Shown one piece after another: positions 1-8,946 of a DNA stretch of 64,000 bases. Source of the stretch: an uncultured Candidatus Sumerlaeota bacterium (lineage in GTDB: Bacteria; CAYMEV01); NCBI GenBank assembly GCA_964389675.1, contig CAYMEV010000010.1, positions 62,001-126,000 on the forward strand, in the 5' to 3' direction. The notes under the pieces were generated by a model. The model saw only the letters and a list, made by a program, of their open reading frames with translations, was not told the origin of the DNA and did not search any database. The position numbers and the translations under genes were made by a program. Position 1 is the first letter of the stretch, and each line of letters begins with the position of its first letter.

Positions 1-1553
1 TGCTAAGGTTTATACAGGAGCTCAAGCTCAGGAACTGCATATTGTTCATAGATGATTATCATACCATTGTAAGGAGCTATGTAAGCAAGGGTACGAATAC
101 TGATATTCAGTCGATCCTGAAACCCGCTGTTGAGATGGGTGAAATCCAGATAATCGGAACTGCCACATATGACGATTACCGCCTGATAGTAGAAAAAGAC
201 CCGTCTCTTGAACAGAAATTTCAAAAACTTGAGCTTCCTGAACTGGATATGGATACAACCATAAAGATACTGAACAGCATCAAAGCGAAATTTGAGATAT
301 ATCATACTGTCCTTTTTTCAGATAAAGCTGTCGAGATGGCAGCAAAGCTGTCAAGGGTCCATCTTCGGGACAGAGCCCTGCCGGACAAAGCTATAGAGGT
401 AATTGACAGAGCAGGGTCGAAGGTCAGGGTAAGGAAGGGCAAAGACATGGAAGTCATTGTGGTTACCGAGGATGATATTGCTGATGTAGTTTCGGAGATC
501 TCCAATATTCCGAAATCCAAGCTGATGTCCCTTAAAGTCGAGAGGCTTCTTGAGATGGAAGATTTTCTCAAGAACAGGATCATAGGGCAGGATGGCGCAA
601 TAAATACAGTTTCAGAGGTAATAAGGAGCAAAAAGCTCGGATATGACCTCTATCCATTCAGGCCAGACGGTGTTTTCCTTTTTGTGGGCCCGACAGGTGT
701 TGGCAAGACAGAGCTTTCAAAATGCCTTACTGAATTCCTTTTTGGTGACCCAGATAAAATAATAAGGCTGGACATGTCAGAGTATATGGAAAATATAGCC
801 GGTGCTAAGCTTATAGGAACTGCTCCCGGTTATGTAGGGTATCATGACCAGAATCAGCTTGCTGATAAGATCAGGAAAAATCCATATTGCCTTGTTCTTC
901 TGGATGAAATTGAAAAAGCAAATCCAAGCGTACTGTCCATTTTCCTGCAGGTATTTGATGCTGGACACCTTACAACCGGTAAAGGCAACAGGGTATATTT
1001 CAATAATACTATTATTGTAATGACCAGCAATATCGCAAGTGAGCTGTACAAGAAGGTACCTGTGGGCTATGCGCAAGGCAACGATTTTGATAAATTTGAG
1101 AGAAGGAGTGTCAGCAATTCAGAGCTTATGAATGAGGTAAGGCAGTTTTTTGCTCCTGAATTCCTCAACAGGATAGATGAAATTGTGTTTTTTAATCCCT
1201 TATCCAAATCCGATATCTACAAAATACTTGATATGAACCTTGGCTTTGTTGTTGATAAGCTGAAAAAAGAGGATAAGCATCTTGTACTTTCGCAAAAGGC
1301 CAGAGACCTCATTGCAAATAAGGGATATTCGTTTGAATACGGTGCCAGAAACCTTAACAGGATGATAAGGAAATACCTTCTGGATAAGCTGGCTTTAACC
1401 AGCATGGCCGGCAGCTGGAATGATGGAAATGTGGTTTACATCGATGCTGCGGATGATGAAATAGCTATAAAAGTACTGAATGAAGAAGAATTTAAGCAGA
1501 TTGAAAAAATAGACCAGGCAAATGAGGCATCAGATGAATACAAGGAAATCTGA
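1..1553 (+). CDS. ClpA/ClpC-family Hsp100 AAA+ ATPase, 5' partial (end of NBD1 plus complete NBD2, no long middle domain)
   Basis: Frame is open from nt 3. Contains LPDKAI, NBD2 Walker A GPTGVGKTE, RLDMSEY, pore loop GYVG, Walker B LLDEIEKA, PEFLNRID and YGAR. A VGY tripeptide sits at the expected ClpP-docking (IGF-like) loop. NBD1 motifs are degenerate (see findings). Confidence 0.9.
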   Translation, partial: LRFIQELKLRNCILFIDDYHTIVRSYVSKGTNTDIQSILKPAVEMGEIQIIGTATYDDYRLIVEKDPSLEQKFQKLELPELDMDTTIKILNSIKAKFEIYHTVLFSDKAVEMAAKLSRVHLRDRALPDKAIEVIDRAGSKVRVRKGKDMEVIVVTEDDIADVVSEISNIPKSKLMSLKVERLLEMEDFLKNRIIGQDGAINTVSEVIRSKKLGYDLYPFRPDGVFLFVGPTGVGKTELSKCLTEFLFGDPDKIIRLDMSEYMENIAGAKLIGTAPGYVGYHDQNQLADKIRKNPYCLVLLDEIEKANPSVLSIFLQVFDAGHLTTGKGNRVYFNNTIIVMTSNIASELYKKVPVGYAQGNDFDKFERRSVSNSELMNEVRQFFAPEFLNRIDEIVFFNPLSKSDIYKILDMNLGFVVDKLKKEDKHLVLSQKARDLIANKGYSFEYGARNLNRMIRKYLLDKLALTSMAGSWNDGNVVYIDAADDEIAIKVLNEEEFKQIEKIDQANEASDEYKEI

Positions 1554-1728
1554 CAGTTATTCTGTTCAAAAAGTTGTAGAGCTTTCAATTGTTACAGATA
1601 TTGAAATAGAGAATGCAATAAACCAGGCACAGAAGGATGGCTGGTTGTTTCAGGACATAAAGTTTGTGGTGCGTGAAGCAAGCAAAAGGCCTTCCATGGC
1701 ATTCCTGTTCTTTGAAAAAGCAGAATGA
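1534..1728 (+). CDS. Small DUF4177-like protein
   Basis: The pattern KVVE...IENAIN..QKDGW.F...RPSMAFLFF resembles DUF4177. ATG at 1534 follows GAGG and overlaps the clp stop. Confidence 0.65.
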   Translation: MNTRKSDSYSVQKVVELSIVTDIEIENAINQAQKDGWLFQDIKFVVREASKRPSMAFLFFEKAE

Positions 1729-1777
1729 GGGCCTCTCAGGGCAAAAACGCCCATATTCCTGCCTTAATCCTCAGATC

Positions 1778-2887
1778 CTACATTGCAGCTACTGATTTTG
1801 CAATAGTATCATCTATTGATTCCTGAAGCTGAGGAGGGAGTCCCTTTATTTTCAGGTCCAGAAATCCCTGCAGGATAAGGTTCCGTGAATTTTCCTCAGA
1901 GATGCCCTTGGACATGAGGTAGTTTATTTCTTCCTGGCCGATGGAACCCACAGATGCCTCGTGACTGAGCTCGACGTTTTTTGCTTTTGCATTGAGTGCA
2001 GGGATGGAATATATATTGCCCTTTTCCCCCAGCAGAAGCCCGCTGCAATCCATATAACCGCTGACATTTTCAGTTAAGGCCTCTATCTCGGCAGGAGCCT
2101 TTATATTTCCTCCGTCTGATACTATTCTGCTGATTATATCGCCCCTGGAACCCTCTGCTGACAGTATTATCTTCCCTCCAACATCAAGATCTGTATCCCC
2201 CGGGGCAAAAAGTATTGAATTCAGCCGTGCTTTTCCGCCAGGCCCGTTAATTGTGACCACGGGATGTGTCTGGGTAGACCTTGAGCTTTTCAGGGATATA
2301 TAGTTTGATATATACTGGGCATTCTCTCCTATCTCAGCAGCTGATCTCGGCCTTACTGTCATTCTGGGGGACCAGTCATGGATCATTGTATATGAAAGGA
2401 AAGAATCCTTCTTCAGGTATATTTCGGTTATCCCGATGTGTGAGCCCTCCAGGACATAGTTTCCGGAGATACACCCGTTTATGATATGAAGCTCTGAGTT
2501 CTCCTCAAGAATTATAATATTATGCACTATCTGCTCTGACTTAAGTTCTTTTATAAAAAAACATGCCTGGAAAGGCATTCTGACCCTGGTATTTTTCTTA
2601 AGATGGATAAGGTATCCGTCAATACTGCCGGAGTTATAGGCTTTGCGGGTATATTCATCCTTATCAGGATCAACCAGTTTCCAGAAATATGTTTTCAGGC
2701 CCGGCATATCCTTCAGGGCTTTTTTTAGGGGTAATAGCGTCAGATTTTTATCAAACGACCTGGCTGTGACACCGGTTTGGTCTATCATTTTGAAATCGCC
2801 GCTTTTTTTTTCAGGGTTGATTTCCATACCTGTTCCCTCAAGTTTTTGTATATCCTGTTCTGAAAAGATATTCCTTAATTCTGACAT
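1778..2887 (-). CDS. sufB: SufB/SufD-family Fe-S scaffold (SmsB type)
   Basis: Beta-helix SufBD pattern with C-terminal ELSHEASVG..I...EINYLMSKGISE...LILQGFL. ATG at 2887 follows AAGGAG and overlaps the sufC end. Confidence 0.9.
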   Translation of the reverse strand: MSELRNIFSEQDIQKLEGTGMEINPEKKSGDFKMIDQTGVTARSFDKNLTLLPLKKALKDMPGLKTYFWKLVDPDKDEYTRKAYNSGSIDGYLIHLKKNTRVRMPFQACFFIKELKSEQIVHNIIILEENSELHIINGCISGNYVLEGSHIGITEIYLKKDSFLSYTMIHDWSPRMTVRPRSAAEIGENAQYISNYISLKSSRSTQTHPVVTINGPGGKARLNSILFAPGDTDLDVGGKIILSAEGSRGDIISRIVSDGGNIKAPAEIEALTENVSGYMDCSGLLLGEKGNIYSIPALNAKAKNVELSHEASVGSIGQEEINYLMSKGISEENSRNLILQGFLDLKIKGLPPQLQESIDDTIAKSVAAM

Positions 2888-3615
2888 CTTGCACACTCCT
2901 TAAAACCGCACTTCTGTATCTGGCTGAAGATCTTACCTGGGTTGCCGCTGCATAATATACTGCCATCGATCATTACATATGCCCTGTCTGTATTAATATA
3001 ATCCATAATAAATCCAGTATGTGTTATAATCAGTGAACTTTTTTTGCAGTTCCTGACATTGCAGCTGTTTTTCTGGTAAAGCAGGTCCTTTATTGCTTTT
3101 CCTATTATTTTGATGTTTTCAACGTCTACGCCTGATTCCGGTTCATCAAAGAGTATCAGGTCAGGGTTTTGATATATTAGCTGAAGCAATTCAGACCTTT
3201 TTATTTCTCCGCCTGAAAAACCATGATTGATATCCCTGTCCAGATAGTTTTCCATTTTCAGAATGCCAATTTTGGAATCATCCTTAATTCCTGAATTATT
3301 TATTGTGTCCAGGATCTTTTTCAGTGTGACGCCTTTGACGTATGGAGGCTTCTGGAAGCTTATTCCAATGCCTGCTTTTGCTCTCAGGTCGATAGGAAGT
3401 TCTGTAATATCTTTGCCGCGATAAATGATTCTGCCTTTTGTGACCTTATATTTTGGATAGCCTATGATTGAAAGAAGCAGAGTAGTTTTTCCACAGCCGT
3501 TCGGGCCGAATATTATATGTGTCTCACCCTCGGGTATGATCATGTTTATCCCTTTCAGTATAGGGGTTCCATCCACTTCTACCCATAAATCATTTATTTC
3601 TAATCTGTTTTCCAT
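2875..3615 (-). CDS. sufC: SufC-family ABC ATPase (SmsC type, Cys-rich C-terminus)
   Basis: GPNGCGKT, FSGGEIKRSE, LFDEPESGVD and ITH motifs. Ends ILCSG...ECARC. Confidence 0.9.
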   Translation of the reverse strand: MENRLEINDLWVEVDGTPILKGINMIIPEGETHIIFGPNGCGKTTLLLSIIGYPKYKVTKGRIIYRGKDITELPIDLRAKAGIGISFQKPPYVKGVTLKKILDTINNSGIKDDSKIGILKMENYLDRDINHGFSGGEIKRSELLQLIYQNPDLILFDEPESGVDVENIKIIGKAIKDLLYQKNSCNVRNCKKSSLIITHTGFIMDYINTDRAYVMIDGSILCSGNPGKIFSQIQKCGFKECARCQN

Positions 3616-3629
3616 TATTAGCTCCTGTT

Positions 3630-3648
3630 TATGATAATTATCATTAAG
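3630..3648. promoter_or_regulatory. Putative Fur/PerR-type operator upstream of sufC-sufB
   Basis: Perfect palindrome ATGATAATTATCAT at 3631-3644. By my count the 19-mer matches the classic Fur box GATAATGATAATCATTATC at 14/19 on the minus strand. It lies just upstream of the sufC RBS. Confidence 0.45.
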
Positions 3649-3677
3649 AATGACTCTGTATCCTGATTTTATGTTTA

Positions 3678-4154
3678 TCAGGCCTTAATGTTTTTTATGA
3701 AGCTCAATATCTCATTTATATCAGGCAGCTGGCTGATTGGATATATTTTAGTGAAAATTACTTTTCTGTTCTCATCAAGTATTATATTTGCTCTTTCCGA
3801 AATACCATCATTCTCTCTAAAAATTCCAAGCTTCTGTGCAATTTCGCCATGAGGCCAGAAATCAGAAAGCATGCTGAAGCTTTTTATGCCGATATCCCTG
3901 CTCCAGGCCTTCTTTGTAAAGACCGTGTCAATGCTTATTCCCAGACATTCAGTGTTGAGCCTGTGAAATTCATCAATATTCTGTTCAATGGATTTCATCT
4001 GTTCGGCACATACCGGTGTCCAGGCAAAAGGATGGAAAGATAAAAGCACCTTTTTTGCTTCAAAGTCTGCAAGGTTTACCGGTTTATTATGGTGATCCTT
4101 GAGAGTAAAGCTTTCTACAGCATCTCCTGGTTTTATCTGATACTTTTTTTCCAT
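3678..4154 (-). CDS. Peroxiredoxin (AhpE/BCP-like)
   Basis: Peroxidatic motif FHPFAWTPVC (PxxxTxxC), SDFWPHG and the ERA arginine. Confidence 0.88.
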   Translation of the reverse strand: MEKKYQIKPGDAVESFTLKDHHNKPVNLADFEAKKVLLSFHPFAWTPVCAEQMKSIEQNIDEFHRLNTECLGISIDTVFTKKAWSRDIGIKSFSMLSDFWPHGEIAQKLGIFRENDGISERANIILDENRKVIFTKIYPISQLPDINEILSFIKNIKA

Positions 4155-4346
4155 ATTAATCTCCTGTTATTTTATGTTTTTAAGAATATTCGTCTTATTA
4201 AAAAGTATACAGTATTTATGAGTTATTTGTTAGAAATAAAACTGGTGCAGATTATCAGGATATTACAGCACGAATCCTGCCTTAACTCAAGGTTATCAGC
4301 CAACAGCAGGTTTTCAGGATCCTGCTGATTGATTATGAATAGGCTT

Positions 4347-5516
4347 TCAATAAGCCTGTTGATCTTTCTGCTTATTTTTTAATTGCTCCAGGAGGTTTTT
4401 ATCCCTGACTACTTTCAAGGCTGTAACTGCCATTATCTTGCTGGCTTTAAGCATTATACCCATGGCCTTATCTGATTTGGATGCATCTGCAAACTCCCTT
4501 GAATGCCCCGGAACATCCTCATCTGCTATCTTAAGATAGGCATGCAGTGATGGAATAATATGGGAGACATTGCCTATGTCGACAGAGCCTGCATTTATCC
4601 TGTAACTGAAATCAGTTATGCCATATTCTTTTGATGTCTGGATGAATGTTTCAGCAAGCACAGGGTCCTGAACCATTTCATAGTATGTCGGCATGCTCTT
4701 TTTTAATCGGGATTTTGTAAATGTTGCCGAAGCCGAAGCTTTTGCCAGTGTTTTCAGCTTTTTTGTCAGGAGCTCAAGGTATTTTCTGTCTGTTGCTCTT
4801 AGTGCAATCTCACCTGTTGCTTTTTCAGGTATTATATTCAATGCCTGTCCCCCGTTCCTGATAATAAAGTGAATTCTTGCATCACTCCTTAACTGCTGTC
4901 GTATCATTGCAATGCTGTTATAAAGGTTTATAAGGCCATCAAGGGCGTTCTTCCCGTTAAAGGGATCAGCAGAAGCATGAGCGGGTTTTCCTCTAAACTC
5001 TATATCAAAGGCGCTGATAGCAAGGGAATCGCCGGATACAGAGTTAAGGCATGAAGGGTGAAACATCAGGACAAAATCAAGATTATCAAAACAGCCAGCA
5101 TCAAGCATCTTTATCTTTCCGCCTATTGTCTCTTCCGCCGGAGTTCCAAACATGTAAACCTCACTTCCTGTCCTTTCTGCAATTTGAGCAAATCCAAGAG
5201 CTGCACCCAGTGAAGCAGCGCCTATCAGGTTATGCCCGCAACCGTGGCCTACACAGGGAAGGGCATCATACTCGCCAAAAAATGCAATTTTATGTACACC
5301 TTTATTCTTATTGAAGGATGCCTCAAATGCGGTATCCAGCCCGGCAATACCATCTATGACCTCAAAACCGTGCTTTTTGAGAATATTTTGCAGTAATTTT
5401 GAAGACCTGTATTCTTTCTGGGATAATTCCTTGTAATTCCAGATTTTTTTAGCCGTTTCAATAATTTCATCTTTAACTGAATCAATAAAATCTGATATTA
5501 AAATTCTATCTTCCAT
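4347..5516 (-). CDS. M20D-family amidohydrolase
   Basis: EYDALP..GHGCGHN, GTPAEE, GKPAHA, NALD and GSVDIGNVS motifs. Probable ATG at 5516 after AGAGG. Confidence 0.88.
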   Translation of the reverse strand: MEDRILISDFIDSVKDEIIETAKKIWNYKELSQKEYRSSKLLQNILKKHGFEVIDGIAGLDTAFEASFNKNKGVHKIAFFGEYDALPCVGHGCGHNLIGAASLGAALGFAQIAERTGSEVYMFGTPAEETIGGKIKMLDAGCFDNLDFVLMFHPSCLNSVSGDSLAISAFDIEFRGKPAHASADPFNGKNALDGLINLYNSIAMIRQQLRSDARIHFIIRNGGQALNIIPEKATGEIALRATDRKYLELLTKKLKTLAKASASATFTKSRLKKSMPTYYEMVQDPVLAETFIQTSKEYGITDFSYRINAGSVDIGNVSHIIPSLHAYLKIADEDVPGHSREFADASKSDKAMGIMLKASKIMAVTALKVVRDKNLLEQLKNKQKDQQAY

Positions 5517-6789
5517 CTGGTATCCTCTTGATAAAAGCAATTGTCTCTCCTGCCTGCGGCATTATATAGATGAGAGGGTCAGGATTGCCTTTTCTTTTTA
5601 TTTCATTGAGAATGCTGTCCAGAGTGTTCTGCAAATCAACGGATTTTTTCAGGGAAAAGGAATTCAGTATATCATCTTCAAGCTCAGTAAATATATATGT
5701 GTTCTCTGTTTTTAAAAGCGTGCTCAGGGCAGTCTGTCCGTTAATATCAGGTTCTAATCTCAGGCTGTCGACTATATCCCTTACATTTTTCATTTTCATC
5801 CATCTGACATAGCTGTCACTTCCTATGCCCTCATTGCAGGGTGATATTATTATCTTGTATCCCCCTTCCTTAATCACGCGATGAGCATTATATAGAACCT
5901 TATGGGTCTGAAGGAGGTTTTTGAAGCCACTTCCCGCTGCAATAACAAGATCAGCTTTTTCTTCTATATCTGCAGAAAATACTTCCCTGGCCTTCTGTGT
6001 CCCTTTCTTAAATACTTCATCCGGATTCCCGGCAAAAAGGTCATTAATTTCACCTTTTGAATTTATTATGGTATTTATTGCCCCGCTGATTTCAACCATA
6101 TCTGCTGCTTCCTGCATATCCACTGCAACTGCATTGTTTTCTATCTCTCCGATATCAACCCCCCTGGCAAAGCAATAGTTTTCATAATCAATGCTTAGAC
6201 TGTGGTTTTTTGCGACACTAACAGCAGATGATATTCCAGGAAGAACAGTTTTTCTCCCCCCTCCGAATCCGGCAAAATAATGGAATTTCACTGATCCTGT
6301 AATAAAGAATTTTGAAAAGCTGTCAAGGGCTTTATTGATCCAGACAGGTGTTCCCTGGCTTGTTGTTCCGTAATACTTGAATTCATCTGCCTTTTTTGCA
6401 TTGTTTATAAGAATGCGCCCCTTAAAGGAATTGTGGATATCCCTGCCCAGTATCTCATCAATCTCGCCGGGTGTGGGATCCCTGTGAACGCCGGTTGCAA
6501 AGATCAGTGATATATCTTTTCGCAATATTCCTCTTTTTTCCCATTCTTCCAGCAGTATGGGAAAGAATATGCTGAACCCTGTTTTCCTGGTAATATCAGA
6601 GACAGCAATCAAAATGCTGTCCCCTCTGGAAGGAGAAATGATCACAGGTTTCAGTCTCTCTTTTATGTCTTCTTCCTGCAGGGGGGGCCCGGAATCATTT
6701 ATTGCCAGGGTTTTTACATCTGGATCAAGACGGGGAGGTATATTAATATCAATATATTTAATATCATTGTATTTAATCTTGATTTTCAT
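5506..6789 (-). CDS. larA: LarA-superfamily nickel-pincer-dependent racemase/epimerase
   Basis: DITR, ATGVHR, HYFAGFGGGRK, NH and QTHK motifs, which match the cofactor-binding and catalytic positions of LarA. Confidence 0.8.
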   Translation of the reverse strand: MKIKIKYNDIKYIDINIPPRLDPDVKTLAINDSGPPLQEEDIKERLKPVIISPSRGDSILIAVSDITRKTGFSIFFPILLEEWEKRGILRKDISLIFATGVHRDPTPGEIDEILGRDIHNSFKGRILINNAKKADEFKYYGTTSQGTPVWINKALDSFSKFFITGSVKFHYFAGFGGGRKTVLPGISSAVSVAKNHSLSIDYENYCFARGVDIGEIENNAVAVDMQEAADMVEISGAINTIINSKGEINDLFAGNPDEVFKKGTQKAREVFSADIEEKADLVIAAGSGFKNLLQTHKVLYNAHRVIKEGGYKIIISPCNEGIGSDSYVRWMKMKNVRDIVDSLRLEPDINGQTALSTLLKTENTYIFTELEDDILNSFSLKKSVDLQNTLDSILNEIKRKGNPDPLIYIMPQAGETIAFIKRIPDGR

Positions 6790-6801
6790 TTTAATCTTTT
6801 C

Positions 6802-7440
6802 TTAAATGTGGGTGTTTTTATAATATCTGCAAATGCTGCTAAGCTTGCATTCCTTGCATTTAGGCGCTTTGGGAAGGCAGACAGCCCTTCCGTGCTCCCC
6901 CAGAATTAAGGAAAATCTTGTCCACTTGTTTTCATCAAGCTTATCCATCAGTTCAGATTCCATTTCATCCGGCACATCAGTTTTTGTTATTCCAAGCCTT
7001 TTAGCCACCCTTTTTAGATTAGAATCTACAAGAATTGCAGGATAATAGAAGCAGGTAGCAAGTACCAGCTTGGCAGTGCGCTGGCCCACTCCGGGAAATT
7101 CGGTCAGCTTGTCAACACTGTTGGGGAATTTATTGCCATATTCTTTTAGAAGCATCTTGGATATGGATATGATGCTTTGTGCCTTGCCCTTGTATACACT
7201 GGTAGATTTGATGATATCTTCAATATCCTCAGGCCTGGCTTTGCTGAGATCATTGATGGATGGAAATCTCTTGAAAAGCTGTTCCGTTACTGGATTTACC
7301 TTGTCTTCAGAACTCTGTCCAGCCAGTATTGTCGCTATCAGAAGCTCAAACGGCGATGAATAATTAAGCCTTATATGCGCCTGAGGGTATTCCTTGCTTA
7401 GTATGTGATAGATATTCAGTATTATTTTCTGTTCGTCCAT
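6802..7440 (-). CDS. nth: Endonuclease III-family HhH-GPD glycosylase with 4Fe-4S cluster
   Basis: PFELLIATILAGQ, HhH FPGVGQRTA, VD and C-x6-C-x2-C-x5-C. Confidence 0.85.
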   Translation of the reverse strand: MDEQKIILNIYHILSKEYPQAHIRLNYSSPFELLIATILAGQSSEDKVNPVTEQLFKRFPSINDLSKARPEDIEDIIKSTSVYKGKAQSIISISKMLLKEYGNKFPNSVDKLTEFPGVGQRTAKLVLATCFYYPAILVDSNLKRVAKRLGITKTDVPDEMESELMDKLDENKWTRFSLILGEHGRAVCLPKAPKCKECKLSSICRYYKNTHI

Positions 7441-7792
7441 TACAGTTCTCCTTAGAATAATCCTGTCTCAACATGATTCTTCATTAAGTTTTATTTAGGG
7501 TTTTAAGCTAAATCATAAAAAAAACAGTATTATTGTTTTTGATAAAAATACACATTGAATAAGAATAAAATCCTCAGAATCCTGTTATGCAATATTTTGC
7601 TTAATTATTTAATAAAAACTGCTTTCTGTGGATTTTATAAAAGCATATTATATTACCAAAAAGAATAAATCTGCTTCTGCTTCTACATTCTGCTAATATT
7701 TTTACACTTTTAGAAAGTACTTAATAGAGATGTTATATTCGGCAGGGAAAATTGTCAATAAATAAAATATCCTATATGCACTTTTATTTATT

Positions 7793-7820
7793 TTGACAAA
7801 AGCTTATATTCTGTTTTAAT
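7793..7820 (+). promoter_or_regulatory. Putative sigma70 promoter for DUF4912-GH57 operon
   Basis: TTGACA (7793-7798), 16-nt spacer, TGn-TTTAAT. Strong RBS AAGGAGGAG before ATG 7918. Confidence 0.4.
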
Positions 7821-7917
7821 TGCTTTACTTTTATATGTTACTGCATTATAATCACATGGTTCTATGTCTTAAGGGCCCTGGGTTTCGGCTTTTGATTTTT
7901 AAAAGGAGGAGTTATAA

Positions 7918-8943
7918 ATGGATAAGAAGGAACTGAATAAAATGACAAAGAAACAGCTGTTGGATATTTCAAAGTCGATGAATATTACGGGAAGGCATTC
8001 GCTTAAAAAGGATGAGTTAATTGCAGCTATAATTATGGTTTACAAGCATATGGAAAAGAAACTGCAGGAGAAACCTGCAGGGAAGAGGGCTGCTTCCGGA
8101 GCGAAAGGCAAAAAGCAGGATAAGGATAAAAAGGCTCCGCCTAAAAAGACTGCAGGAAGAAAACCGGCTGTTATCCCTGACGGCAAGAGAGATGATAAAG
8201 AAGAAGTCTTTGATCTTGTCGGGGCATCAAAGAGAAGAAAATATCTGCCGGATCTATCAGAAGGAGAAGAAGAATCTGCTATCAGAAGGGCTAAATACGA
8301 CACAGGCACATCGGAGCAGTTCAATGATATTGATGAAGATATATTTCTCCCTACCAGCTATCTGAAATCCAGGATTCATCTTCTGGTAAAGAATCCATAT
8401 GAGATATTCGTGTACTGGGACCTTACTTCAGATGACATAAATAAGGCAAAAGAGAAGCTTAATAAAGATATTTCTGAAGTAAGCATCACATTAAGGGTCT
8501 ATGATGTTACAAAGGTTGACTTTAAGGGTGACAATGCAAATTCCTATTTCGACATATTCCCAGATATTGCCAGCAGGTATTTTATCAAGGTGCCCAAAAC
8601 CAACTGCTATTACTGTGTTGAGATTGGGCTTAAATCCAGCGAGGGTTTCTTTGTCCCGATTACAAGGTCAAATACCAAAAAAACACCCAAGGATTTTATT
8701 ACATACGGATTAAAATGGAAGCATGTCGATCTGGAACCCGTGAAAAAAAGCAAGGAGTATTTATCAAGAAAGGAATATATAAAACCTCTTATTTCAATTG
8801 ACAGCATTATGGATGATCTGCATAAAAAAGGGAATGATATGATTGAAGCTATCGATAAGATCCATGACCAGCAGAAAGGGGGGGGATCTGAGAAGGGAAC
8901 TGAGGAAGACTATTTTGGCAGCTCTTCAATGTCGGAGCGGTAA
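7918..8943 (+). CDS. DUF4912-domain protein with N-terminal Rho_N-like helical domain and Lys-rich linker
   Basis: N-terminal MTKKQLLDI.K.MNITGRHSLKKDELI. Later LPTSY...LLVKNPYEIFVYWD...LRVYDVT...EIG...RSN..TP. Typical partner of GH57. Confidence 0.8.
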   Translation: MDKKELNKMTKKQLLDISKSMNITGRHSLKKDELIAAIIMVYKHMEKKLQEKPAGKRAASGAKGKKQDKDKKAPPKKTAGRKPAVIPDGKRDDKEEVFDLVGASKRRKYLPDLSEGEEESAIRRAKYDTGTSEQFNDIDEDIFLPTSYLKSRIHLLVKNPYEIFVYWDLTSDDINKAKEKLNKDISEVSITLRVYDVTKVDFKGDNANSYFDIFPDIASRYFIKVPKTNCYYCVEIGLKSSEGFFVPITRSNTKKTPKDFITYGLKWKHVDLEPVKKSKEYLSRKEYIKPLISIDSIMDDLHKKGNDMIEAIDKIHDQQKGGGSEKGTEEDYFGSSSMSER

Positions 8944-8946
8944 CTG

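Noticed and set aside
1757-4285. Shared 11-mer TCCTGCCTTAA in two intergenic regions (1757, 4275), and a similar GGCCAAT(C/T)CAGGCA pair near 10578 and 21295
   Set aside because: Only two short copies each; compatible with chance and not enough to call a REP family.
7441-7917. Long AT-rich intergenic region as possible ncRNA or origin
   Set aside because: No riboswitch consensus, DnaA-box array or stable structure seen; explained by divergent promoters.
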